Assembly (NCBI GenBank): GCA_049599895.1 | Contig: JBMYPC010000064.1 | Location: forward strand, 1 to 16,726 | Direction of reading: 5' to 3' | From: Bacteriovoracaceae bacterium | GTDB lineage: Bacteria > Bdellovibrionota > Bacteriovoracia > Bacteriovoracales > Bacteriovoracaceae | Length of the DNA: 16,726 bases | Part shown: positions 1-8,204 of the stretch, piece after piece | Layout: each line of letters begins with the position of its first letter | Position numbering within the stretch: position 1 is the first letter of the stretch | Translations under genes and position numbers: made by a program | The notes under the pieces: model-generated | Seen by the model: the letters and a program-made list of their open reading frames with translations, nothing else | Databases searched by the model: none | Told to the model about the DNA's origin: nothing

Positions 1-1
1 T

Positions 2-235
2 GCGAAGAAAGCCGCAGCAAAAAAAGTCGCCAAGAAAGCTCCTGCGAAGAAGGCCGCAGCGAAAAAAGTCGCTAAGAAAGCCGGGACGAAAAAAGTCGCC
101 AAGAAAGCTCCTGCTAAAAAAGCGGAAGCAAAAAAAGTCACTAAAAAAGTTGAAAGTAAAAAAGTAACGAAAAAGGCTGAACCAAAAAAAGCAGCTCCAA
201 AAAAAGTGACAAAAAAGGCTGAACCAAAAAAAGCT
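2..235 (+). repeat. Coding imperfect tandem repeats (42-bp unit AKKAAAKKVAKKAP, then KKVTKKAEPKK variants)
   Basis: 2-43 and 44-85 are near-identical 42-mers. KKVTKKAEPKK occurs twice between about 160 and 235. Confidence 0.85.
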
Positions 236-817
236 GAAGTTGTTCAAGAGGTTGCTGAGCCTGTTCAAACTCAAATCGAAGAAGTTATTGAGGAGAAAAA
301 GCCTAAGGCGAAGGCGAAAAAGTCGAAAAGTCAAAAAGTTAATGAAAAGTTCTTTAAAGAAGAATTTGCTGAAGAAGTTTTATCATTAAGTGATGACTAT
401 TCTATTGGTGATGTTCTTGGATCAATTCAAACCCTGGACTTTTTTGTTTCAAAGGTTGATGAATGTCTTGAAAAAGGTTGTGATAACCCTGCAACAACTC
501 TTGGTTATTGCCGTCTTCACTATATAAAGAACTGGAACGATATAAAGAGGAAGCAGGTGATCCTTAAAGAAGGAAAACTTCAACTTTTCATCGAAGAGCT
601 CGTTTCAAAGTATCCACTAAAATATATTGAATCAATCATCTCTGATCTTGCTGATGAGAAAACATTTTTTGGTGTTCTTCGTGAGCTCGATATCATTTCT
701 GAAGCCGAAGATATCTATGACGAGAACATTGAAGAAGATGGTGATGATGATCAAGATATTGCTTATGAAACAAAGACGACATCTAAAGCAGCCGCATTTA
801 GTGGCGATGACGAGTAG
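2..817 (+). CDS. 5'-truncated protein: histone H1-like Lys/Ala/Pro-rich N-terminus, putative Zn-binding C-x4-C-x9-C-x2-H domain, acidic tail
   Basis: The frame of the 206..817 ORF is open back to position 2 (AKKAAAKKVAKKAPAKKAAAKKVAKKAGTKKVAKKAPAKKAEAKK...), so the true start lies outside the window. CLEKGCDNPATTLGYCRLH at 464-520. Tail is Asp/Glu-rich (EAEDIYDENIEEDGDDDQD). Stop TAG 815-817. Confidence 0.75.
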   Translation, partial: AKKAAAKKVAKKAPAKKAAAKKVAKKAGTKKVAKKAPAKKAEAKKVTKKVESKKVTKKAEPKKAAPKKVTKKAEPKKAEVVQEVAEPVQTQIEEVIEEKKPKAKAKKSKSQKVNEKFFKEEFAEEVLSLSDDYSIGDVLGSIQTLDFFVSKVDECLEKGCDNPATTLGYCRLHYIKNWNDIKRKQVILKEGKLQLFIEELVSKYPLKYIESIISDLADEKTFFGVLRELDIISEAEDIYDENIEEDGDDDQDIAYETKTTSKAAAFSGDDE

Positions 818-856
818 TTCATCTTATTTTTAATCTTAAAAAATTTAAGGAAAATG

Positions 857-1306
857 CTATTGGTTAAGAAGTTGGCTGGCTTGAAGAGTTAGTCCAATAT
901 CTTCTCGAGTAATTTTGTGAAAAAGTTCGGTTCCGTTAAAACTATCCTTTTCCCAAACTTGAAAATAATCGCTCCATGAGTCGTGCTGAATGTATTCATC
1001 GAGGAAAAGGCCTACGTAATCTATTGCTGATAGTAAGATCTTCTCACTAGGTGATTGGCTGTCTTTTTTAAGTTCGATAGAGCAAAAAAAAGTGGTTGGA
1101 GCTTCGACAGATTTTTCATCATTCGGTTTTAGGCTAATAACAAGGACAAACTCACCTGGGTAAATGAAGCCATAGAGTTTATAAGACTTATTATGCAGAT
1201 CAAGTTGAGCACCATAAACCTCTTTGATTGATTTCTCGTATTCCTGAAGTTTGTCTTCAGGGATTTGAACAAATTTTTCTGCATCTTTTTCACTTCGAGA
1301 AAACAT
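857..1306 (-). CDS. Hypothetical protein (149 aa, acidic, soluble)
   Basis: Uninterrupted ORF filling the gap between neighbours, ATG preceded by AAGG, no recognisable motif. Confidence 0.75.
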   Translation of the reverse strand: MFSRSEKDAEKFVQIPEDKLQEYEKSIKEVYGAQLDLHNKSYKLYGFIYPGEFVLVISLKPNDEKSVEAPTTFFCSIELKKDSQSPSEKILLSAIDYVGLFLDEYIQHDSWSDYFQVWEKDSFNGTELFHKITREDIGLTLQASQLLNQ

Positions 1307-1330
1307 AATTTTGCGCCTTGTAGTAGGCCC

Positions 1331-1338
1331 TAATCGGC
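1331..1338 (-). promoter_or_regulatory. Candidate sigma28 (FliA) -10 element for the 857..1306 gene
   Basis: Minus strand reads GCCGATTA (consensus GCCGATAA) 24 nt upstream of the ATG. The -35 region (AGAAAGTC) is only a weak match. Confidence 0.4.
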
Positions 1339-1425
1339 CATGTGTGCTAGACTTTCTGGCAATTTAGGACATAACCGACAAAATGAAAAGCATCTATGCT
1401 TTGACGCGATGAAAGGAGAATGAAA

Positions 1426-2586
1426 ATGACAACTTATATTCTTGGTGGAAAAAGAACTCCCATTGGTTCACTTTTAGGTTCACTTTCAACTGTTCCAGCT
1501 TCTCATCTTGGTGCAGCCGCTATCAAGGGAGCTCTTGAAGCGTCTGGTGTTTCAGGGGATGCTGTTCAAGAAGCTTATATGGGTCATGTCGTTCAGGCCG
1601 GTTGTGGGCAAGCTCCTGCAAGGCAGGCCGTTAAATTTGCTGGCCTTGGTGACCATGTGGTGGCAACGACTGTTAACAAAGTCTGTGGTTCGGGTCTTCA
1701 ATCAATTATTTTAGGTTCTTATAGTATTGAAGCTGGGGGCAATGATCTTGTTGTCGCTGGTGGAATGGAGAATATGTCTTTAGCGCCTCATCTGTTAAAG
1801 GCCTCGCGAACAGGAATCAAATTTGGTGAGGGAAAACTTCTCGACAGTATGCAATGGGATGGGCTTTGGGATGTTTATAGCGATCATCCTATGGGAAATT
1901 GTGCTGAAGAGTGTGCCAAAGAATTTAGTTTTACAAGAGAAGCTCAAGATGAGTTTGCGATTAACTCTTATAAGCGTTCACAAAATTCAATTGAAAGTGG
2001 AATTTTTAAAAATGAGATTACTCCTGTGGCAATTTCAAGTCGAAGAGGAGATGTGATTGTCGAAAATGATGAGGAGCCTCTTAAGGCCAAGTTTGAGAAG
2101 ATTCCAGGTTTAAGACCAGCTTTTACAAAAGAAGGAACAATCACGGCGGCAAATGCTTCCACAATAAATGACGGAGCTGCAGCCTTGGTTTTAGGGGGAG
2201 AGAAGTATAAAGATCAGGCGAAGTTTAAAATTGTGGCCCACGCTAGACATGCCCAACACCCAACTTGGTTTACAACAGCTCCTGTAGAGGCAATGAAGAA
2301 AAACCTTGATATTGTTGGACTAAAACTTTCGGATATCGATTTTTTTGAAATCAATGAAGCCTTTTCAGTAGTAACAATGGCGGCAATTAAGCAATTGGAT
2401 CTGGATCCAAATAAAGTTAACATATATGGAGGGGCAGTTTCTCTTGGGCATCCTATCGGATGCTCCGGAACGAGAATAGTAGTGACACTTATGAACGTTC
2501 TAGAAAGAGAAGGTGCAAAAAGAGGTATGGCCTCAATTTGCATTGGTGGAGGAGAAGCTTTAAGTCTCATTATTGAAAGAGTTTAA
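1426..2586 (+). CDS. atoB: Acetyl-CoA C-acetyltransferase (thiolase)
   Basis: RTPIG, NKVCGSG (nucleophile Cys), NEAF, GHPIGCSG and CIGGG motifs are all present. RBS AGGAG at 1414-1418 is 7 nt from ATG 1426 but only 1 nt from ATG 1420, so 1426 is preferred. Confidence 0.95.
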   Translation: MTTYILGGKRTPIGSLLGSLSTVPASHLGAAAIKGALEASGVSGDAVQEAYMGHVVQAGCGQAPARQAVKFAGLGDHVVATTVNKVCGSGLQSIILGSYSIEAGGNDLVVAGGMENMSLAPHLLKASRTGIKFGEGKLLDSMQWDGLWDVYSDHPMGNCAEECAKEFSFTREAQDEFAINSYKRSQNSIESGIFKNEITPVAISSRRGDVIVENDEEPLKAKFEKIPGLRPAFTKEGTITAANASTINDGAAALVLGGEKYKDQAKFKIVAHARHAQHPTWFTTAPVEAMKKNLDIVGLKLSDIDFFEINEAFSVVTMAAIKQLDLDPNKVNIYGGAVSLGHPIGCSGTRIVVTLMNVLEREGAKRGMASICIGGGEALSLIIERV

Positions 2587-2606
2587 AAAGAGAAAAGGGT
2601 TTTACT

Positions 2607-3677
2607 ATGGCAGGGACGCCAACAAGTGCCGCAACGATTAAGAAAAAGTCGGGAATACGAACCTTTAGACAGGGCATGGTTATTTTTAAAGAAAATGATC
2701 CAGCTCGGTCACTCTATATTATCCAACGAGGGCAAATCAGATTATTCAGACCGAAGGGAAGAGGTTTCGTTGACCTTGCGATTCTAAGAACAGGTGAGGT
2801 TATCGGTGAGATGGCCTACTTTGACGAGAAGTCGACTAGGCGATCTTGTTCAGCCGAGGCAATGGTGACAACTGAAGTTATCGAAATTTCTTTTAAGGCT
2901 TTTGAAAAGACCATGGCGGGGCTTAATCCGTGGTTCAAAACCATCATTAACACTCTTGCCGAACGTTTAAGAAAAACTAATGAAAAAGTTAAGAATCTTG
3001 AGTCAAACTCAGTAGGAGTTGCCAAAGATGGAAAAGTTGGAGATTACGTCTTTTTCCATACAATCGATGTGATTCGAATTCTTTCTCTGCTTTATTTAAA
3101 CTTTGCCAGTACGGGAACACCGGTAGATGGTAAAACTCAAATTAATCGCTCCAAGCTCCTTTTTTATATGAGTGATCTTTTTAATATTAAAGAAGTTAAG
3201 ATCGAAGAATTTTTGAAGCTCGCTGATGAAGAGGGCTTTATAAATATTGTCGACGATGAAAATGGTAAACCTAATCTTATTCAAACTGCAGACTTTGATC
3301 AGTTCAGGAGCATTATGGCCTTTATGAATGCTCAAAGACAGCTTGAGGACAGTAGGAAGCTTAAGATCTCAGCTCCTTGTGAGCGACTTCTTCGCATGAT
3401 CGTTGCTCAAGCTGAAGAAGTGGCGCATTCAGATGCCACTTATCTTGCTGATCTCAGCAAGATCTTTGATAATTGTAAGGCCAATCAGATTAGTATCTCT
3501 GATGATGACCTTGCTGAAGCTGTTGAAGCTGGTCTTTGTGGAGATATTATTGTCGGTACGGGAAATAAACTTTCTTCAGAAGTCCAGTTTGCGAAGCTTA
3601 TTAAGCTTTTGCCTTCTATTAAAATGACCAATGCCATTGCGAAAATGAATGAGTCTAAAGCTGGAAGAGACTATTAG
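2607..3677 (+). CDS. Cyclic nucleotide-binding (Crp/Fnr-like) protein with extended C-terminal region
   Basis: cNMP-binding domain: FRQGMVIFKENDPARSLYIIQRGQIRL...GEVIGEMAYFD...RRSCSAEA, then C-helix LAERLRKTN. About 220 aa C-terminal part is possibly winged-helix-like. Starts 20 nt after the thiolase stop. Confidence 0.85.
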   Translation: MAGTPTSAATIKKKSGIRTFRQGMVIFKENDPARSLYIIQRGQIRLFRPKGRGFVDLAILRTGEVIGEMAYFDEKSTRRSCSAEAMVTTEVIEISFKAFEKTMAGLNPWFKTIINTLAERLRKTNEKVKNLESNSVGVAKDGKVGDYVFFHTIDVIRILSLLYLNFASTGTPVDGKTQINRSKLLFYMSDLFNIKEVKIEEFLKLADEEGFINIVDDENGKPNLIQTADFDQFRSIMAFMNAQRQLEDSRKLKISAPCERLLRMIVAQAEEVAHSDATYLADLSKIFDNCKANQISISDDDLAEAVEAGLCGDIIVGTGNKLSSEVQFAKLIKLLPSIKMTNAIAKMNESKAGRDY

Positions 3678-4036
3678 TTTGCGTCGTAAAGACAGCCAAG
3701 TGTAACGGCTTTTCCTTTAAAAAGTACATCAACATAATCAGTGTCTTCATCGTATTGATTGTAATTCATTTTAAAGTAGTTTGAGTGAATTCGAAGACCG
3801 TGCTGATCTTCAGTACTATTGATTTTTGTTGAAGAAGAATAGTATTTCTTGTCTTTGTCTTCGATTACAATGAGTCCTTGGTTTTTTACATTTTGTGTAA
3901 AGTAAACATAGGCTTTTAGTTGTTCTGCTCCAGTAGATTTACAAACGGCAAATCTCTTATAATTGAGTTCCGATCCTGGATCAGCTTGTAACGATAAACT
4001 TGTCAAAAACAAAAGCGCAGTTATTATATTTTTCAT
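3674..4036 (-). CDS. Small secreted hypothetical protein
   Basis: Signal peptide MKNIITALLFLTSLSLQA, GGGAG RBS upstream, two Cys (possible disulfide). Stop overlaps the convergent gene's stop by 4 nt. Confidence 0.8.
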   Translation of the reverse strand: MKNIITALLFLTSLSLQADPGSELNYKRFAVCKSTGAEQLKAYVYFTQNVKNQGLIVIEDKDKKYYSSSTKINSTEDQHGLRIHSNYFKMNYNQYDEDTDYVDVLFKGKAVTLGCLYDAN

Positions 4037-4220
4037 TATGGTCTCCCTGATAATCTTTTAGAGAAATAAACTCGATCCATTACAAAGTTTCCAGAAATAA
4101 ATAATTTTGATGAATTTAGGTCTGTAAAAAATACAAAGAAGCCTCAGATCCCACAAATCCCACAAAAAGGGATTTTCGAAATTGACATTAGACTCTGCGA
4201 TATTGGGCTTTCAGGACAGG

Positions 4221-5714
4221 TTAGTCACCACTTGGATCATAGAGAAGTTCGATAACTGCTCCATTTGAGTAAACATAGTTACTTGAAAGTCTGAGAAAGT
4301 AACCGGTTTTATTCAAGCCAGGGCTTACTGGAGAAAAGTTCGTTGGCGAAGTGATTCTCATATTCTGTCCGTTAATGAATTTCGGATTATTGCCTTCTTT
4401 AACGAGAGTCCAGCCACTGGTACTCGATCTTGGAACATTTGCACCATTAATTTTGAGTGAAATTGTTTCTTCTTTTGGTTTTGTATTTAATTGAACATAA
4501 CCAAAGTACTCAACAGGTGATTTTGTCGTAACAATAAGACATTCTGGATAAGTTACTTGAGCATTTCCGAAAAGCTGAATCATATGTCCTGAGAAAGGTT
4601 CTCCCAGAGAAGGGGAGAAACGAGTGTTTTGAGTTGAAACACCAATGTAATTGAAACCATCTTGAGATGGATTGAGAGTTGCTGAGAACTCTTGACCTGT
4701 ATTTTTTCGGACTTCAATACTTGCTGGATCAAAAGGAGCTGCGGAACTTGAGGCCACTGGCCAGAAATTATAGCGATGATTGATCACTTGTTGTTGAATG
4801 GAATCTTTAATACTGTCAAAAATGTTCGAGAAACTATTTGTACAGATATCAAAACTATCCGGGTAAGAATTTGAATTTGTCGTAAGGTTTGTATTCGTTC
4901 CACTTGTGTAAGGAGTTCGATAAACAGAAGAGGACATTTGTCGATAACTGTCTCCAACTTTATATCCTGACTGACATCGATCGCTATGGGCAACGATTGA
5001 GAAGAATCTCATCATGCGACTATCAAGAGGTTGAACGCCACTACAGGTTCTTCCTGAAGGAACTGTGTAGTTTCCTCTTAAACACATAAGATCGTGAAGT
5101 TTGTTTTGGATGTGAATATTTTTTCGAGACCCTGCACAAGGGGAGCACCATTCTTCATCCCATTCGTTATCATCGCCGTTGGAAATAACAACAATGATTG
5201 TGTAAGCATCATCTCTAAAAATTCCGTTGGCCTTATTAAGACTTATGATTTCATTAACTCTTGAAAGTCCTGTCTCTCTTGCCCCTGAAGAAGAGTCTTG
5301 AAGAATGGAGAGCTGACTTGTATTTCCAATGAGAGAAACTCCACCAAGAGATCCTGAGATTGGAGTAGAGGTCATAAGTTGAGCTTGTGAATTTCCTGTT
5401 CCAATGAGTGGAGCATGGAGAATATTATAATCAAATCTTTCAGCAAAATTGTTTCCAATAATAAGGTTGTCTAAAGCCGCTCTTGTGGAGCTATCGAGAA
5501 AAATTGTAGAACTTGAGTTATCCCATAGGAAAAGATAATCCACTTGGGGTTTAATAAGAGTCGAAGATGAGCAATTTGTTGTTTGGCTCGTCGTTCGAGG
5601 TCTAATTTTTTGTGTTTGCTCAATACTGTTAACTTTAAAGCTTTCTTCTCCACATGAACCGAGAAGCAGCACCAATACGAGACTTAGAAGACTTTTCAAT
5701 TTAAATAGAGTCAT
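4221..5714 (-). CDS. Lipoprotein with VWA-like (MIDAS) domain and beta-rich C-terminal modules
   Basis: Lipobox LLLGSC at residue 21. VDYLFLWDNSSS is a DxSxS motif after a hydrophobic strand (5508-5522). IIVVISNGDD resembles the VWA beta4 motif. Ser/Thr/Asn-rich, with 8 further Cys. Confidence 0.75.
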   Translation of the reverse strand: MTLFKLKSLLSLVLVLLLGSCGEESFKVNSIEQTQKIRPRTTSQTTNCSSSTLIKPQVDYLFLWDNSSSTIFLDSSTRAALDNLIIGNNFAERFDYNILHAPLIGTGNSQAQLMTSTPISGSLGGVSLIGNTSQLSILQDSSSGARETGLSRVNEIISLNKANGIFRDDAYTIIVVISNGDDNEWDEEWCSPCAGSRKNIHIQNKLHDLMCLRGNYTVPSGRTCSGVQPLDSRMMRFFSIVAHSDRCQSGYKVGDSYRQMSSSVYRTPYTSGTNTNLTTNSNSYPDSFDICTNSFSNIFDSIKDSIQQQVINHRYNFWPVASSSAAPFDPASIEVRKNTGQEFSATLNPSQDGFNYIGVSTQNTRFSPSLGEPFSGHMIQLFGNAQVTYPECLIVTTKSPVEYFGYVQLNTKPKEETISLKINGANVPRSSTSGWTLVKEGNNPKFINGQNMRITSPTNFSPVSPGLNKTGYFLRLSSNYVYSNGAVIELLYDPSGD

Positions 5715-5740
5715 AGTTTCTACTTATTTTATTACTTTAT

Positions 5741-5748
5741 CTATCGGC
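5741..5748 (-). promoter_or_regulatory. Candidate sigma28 -10 element for the VWA lipoprotein gene
   Basis: Minus strand GCCGATAG 26 nt upstream of ATG 5714, directly preceded by a second near copy ACCGATTA (5749-5756). No clear -35. Confidence 0.4.
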
Positions 5749-5952
5749 TAATCGGTAGAAGCGACAAAAAAATTAAATGAACTTCCAAAGGAAAAGATCA
5801 GTTATTGCTAAGAGCGGGATTTACTTGATTTTTTTTGTTTTTTATCGTTTGAAAGAGAAGAGGAAAAATTGCACCAATCGTATTTAATTTCAATTGGTTA
5901 TAAAATTTAAGGAAGGATAAATGATTTTAAAAAGTTTGGGGAGAATATATTC

Positions 5953-6780
5953 ATGACAGAGTGGTATTACGTTCAAGGTAAAGATCGAGTCGGGCCTGTT
6001 GATGAAGGTGAACTATCAGCACTTTTAAGTTCTGGCACACTCAATGAGGAAAGCTATGTTTGGTGTAAAGGCTACGAAGATTGGCAAAAGCTTCATTCTA
6101 TTTCTGAACTCGCTCATCTTTTAACAGACTCTGGTAGTGAAGAAGAAGTTAAAGAAGAGGAAATTCAGCAGCCAGATATTGTTGAAGAAGAGGTTGAGAA
6201 CTTTCCCAATATTATTGAAAGACAGTCTCTTGATTGGGAATCAATTACTCAAACGGATCGAAAGTTTCATATCAAAATAGGGAAAGACCGCGGCTTAAAT
6301 GAAGAAACAGAGTATGGGCCATACTCTTTGATACAACTAAAAAAGATGTACGATGAAGGCAGGATTAATGCCAAAACATATCTCTTTGCTGAAAGTATGG
6401 AGAACTGGTCATTTTTAGCGGATATTCCTGTTTTTGAAGAGATTTTTAATGAACTCCCTCCGGTTATTTCAGAGCAAGAAAGGCGAAGCTCCGTAAGAAA
6501 ACCATTTATTGCAAGACTTCTTTTTCATGATGGCAAAGAAGTCTATGAAGGAATCTGTCGCGACATTTCTGTTGGAGGACTTCAGGTCTTAGCTTCAGGA
6601 CTGCCTTGTACAGTTGGTGATACTGTTAAATTAAATGTTCACCCGGACAACTCCGGACAATGCTTTACAGCTGAAGGAGAGGTGGTGAGAAGACTTGATG
6701 GTGATCAAGGATTTTCAATTCGCTTTAATAATCTCGCACTAGAAGCAAAAGAACTTATTGATAGTTATGTAAAGGCTTAA
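5953..6780 (+). CDS. Tandem GYF_2 (DUF4339) domains plus C-terminal PilZ domain; putative c-di-GMP receptor
   Basis: WYYVQGKDRVGPV...L...G.L...YVW..G..DW and a second copy YGPYSL.QLK.M...GRI....YLF...M.NW. PilZ motifs RSSVR (RxxxR, 6484-6498) and DISVGG (DxSxxG, 6562-6579) are intact. GGGGAG RBS. Confidence 0.9.
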   Translation: MTEWYYVQGKDRVGPVDEGELSALLSSGTLNEESYVWCKGYEDWQKLHSISELAHLLTDSGSEEEVKEEEIQQPDIVEEEVENFPNIIERQSLDWESITQTDRKFHIKIGKDRGLNEETEYGPYSLIQLKKMYDEGRINAKTYLFAESMENWSFLADIPVFEEIFNELPPVISEQERRSSVRKPFIARLLFHDGKEVYEGICRDISVGGLQVLASGLPCTVGDTVKLNVHPDNSGQCFTAEGEVVRRLDGDQGFSIRFNNLALEAKELIDSYVKA

Positions 6781-6786
6781 TACATT

Positions 6787-7671
6787 TTGGACGAATCAAC
6801 TGAAAAATCTAATACTTTAGTTCAAGAAGAATTTCATTATCTTGATTCGCAAACTGGGAAAGAGAAACTTCTTATCAAAACTTTTTCTCGTGAAGATGTT
6901 GCAAGTTTTGGAAAAATTTTTATTTTTCATGACTATTTTGATTATCACAAATACTATGTTGAATTCGCTCACTTTCTAGCATCACGAGGACTAAAAGTTG
7001 TTATCCACGATCATAAAGGGTTGGGGAGAAGTTCAGGCAGTCGCGGCTATGTAAATAGTTGGGATGATTATTTGAATGATTGCAGACAAGTGATTCAGGA
7101 GTTTCAAGAAACAAAAGAAGACTTCTTTATTTTAGGAACTGGGCTTGGTGCTGTTCTTGGAATTGATCTTTGTTTAAACTCAAAGCCAGAGTTTCTTAAG
7201 AGAATTCGAGGTCTCATTTGCTTAAACCCTGCACTAAAGCTTAAAATTCATTATCCTGACTGGGGAAGAGGGATGCTCCATCGTTTTCCGAAATTTCTCG
7301 AAAAAGTTCATTTTCCAGTTCAATTCAACTACCATCGGTTTTGCACTGAATATCATCATGCCCAGTTAGTGAATGCTGATCCCTTGGTGCCACACGATAT
7401 CAGTTTAAAAACTCTTTCAGAACTTCTTAATGCAGGTTTCAATTTAAGGAAAAAGTCTTACTTTTTAGATAAACCGAGTTTGGTGCTATTGAGTGAGAAA
7501 GGGCATATATGCGATAATGACTTTATAAAAGTCTTTATGAAAGGATTTCAAAAGAATCTTCTCCAGCTCAAGGAGATTAAAGACAGTTATCATGACTTGC
7601 TCCATGATCAAAGAAAAGATGAAGTGTATAAGGAAATCGAAAAATGGTTAAAAAATTTCAAAACCTCTTAG
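6787..7671 (+). CDS. Alpha/beta hydrolase fold protein (lysophospholipase/monoglyceride lipase-like), probably catalytically inactive
   Basis: DHKGLGRSSGSRGYVNSWDDYLND, LNPAL, DPLV and YHDLLHD match the family. The nucleophile elbow reads GTGLG rather than GxSxG. TTG start 6 nt after the upstream stop (start uncertain). Confidence 0.85.
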   Translation: MDESTEKSNTLVQEEFHYLDSQTGKEKLLIKTFSREDVASFGKIFIFHDYFDYHKYYVEFAHFLASRGLKVVIHDHKGLGRSSGSRGYVNSWDDYLNDCRQVIQEFQETKEDFFILGTGLGAVLGIDLCLNSKPEFLKRIRGLICLNPALKLKIHYPDWGRGMLHRFPKFLEKVHFPVQFNYHRFCTEYHHAQLVNADPLVPHDISLKTLSELLNAGFNLRKKSYFLDKPSLVLLSEKGHICDNDFIKVFMKGFQKNLLQLKEIKDSYHDLLHDQRKDEVYKEIEKWLKNFKTS

Positions 7672-8174
7672 TTCTCCTCTCTATTCTGGGATTTGTATCA
7701 TGTTCATCCATGAGTCAAAATTTAGTGAAGTCAGGAGACTTTAAACTTAAGTCAGGACAATACGGTCAGAATCAGTGGGACAGTGAGCTAGAGTTTAAAA
7801 GGTTCTCCTGGTATTCAGAACTGACTCTTATTTTTGATGTGTTTCTCAGTGATTTTTCAGAGAAAAATGATTTTTATAATTGGTTTGGGGAGAGTGAAAA
7901 GAAGGCCGTAAACTCATGTGAGAACCCTTATATTGCTCTTTCATACCATCTCGATGGAAAACGTTTTTCAAAGTCTCAATTTTATCATCAGCTTCGAGAA
8001 ATGAAGGCCGAAGTTATCGAAGTGCCTCAGTTTTCCTCAAATTTGAGGCTTCATCCAGATTTCGAAGAGTTATCTTTCAATCTCTATGAAGCAAAACTCA
8101 TCTGTTCCAAAGGTAAACTCGAACAATTTAAGGTACGTGTCCCATCTTATAAAGCAGTGCCTTTTAAAATGTAG
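7644..8174 (+). CDS. Hypothetical lipoprotein
   Basis: MVKKFQNLLVLLSILGFVSC signal/lipobox, two further Cys, 28-nt overlap with the hydrolase gene. Confidence 0.8.
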   Translation: MVKKFQNLLVLLSILGFVSCSSMSQNLVKSGDFKLKSGQYGQNQWDSELEFKRFSWYSELTLIFDVFLSDFSEKNDFYNWFGESEKKAVNSCENPYIALSYHLDGKRFSKSQFYHQLREMKAEVIEVPQFSSNLRLHPDFEELSFNLYEAKLICSKGKLEQFKVRVPSYKAVPFKM

Positions 8175-8204
8175 GAAAAAACTCAAATAATCTCCTGAAT
8201 CTCT

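Noticed and set aside
206..208. GTG at 206 as start of the first gene
   Set aside because: The frame is open to the window edge with the same repeat-coding pattern and no RBS; the gene is 5'-truncated.
818..856. TTTTTAA-TC-TTAAAAA inverted repeat between convergent genes as a terminator
   Set aside because: A/T-only stem with a tiny loop; too weak to call.
4148..4175. ATCCCACAA duplication and AAATCCC/GGGATTT hairpin; shares CCCACAAAAAG with the terminal repeat
   Set aside because: Short stem, no U-tract on the relevant (-) strand, and it lacks the palindromic core; may be chance.
5873..5898. ACCAAT-N14-ATTGGT inverted repeat as an operator in the divergent promoter region
   Set aside because: Six-bp arms in AT-rich DNA are expected by chance; no second instance was seen.
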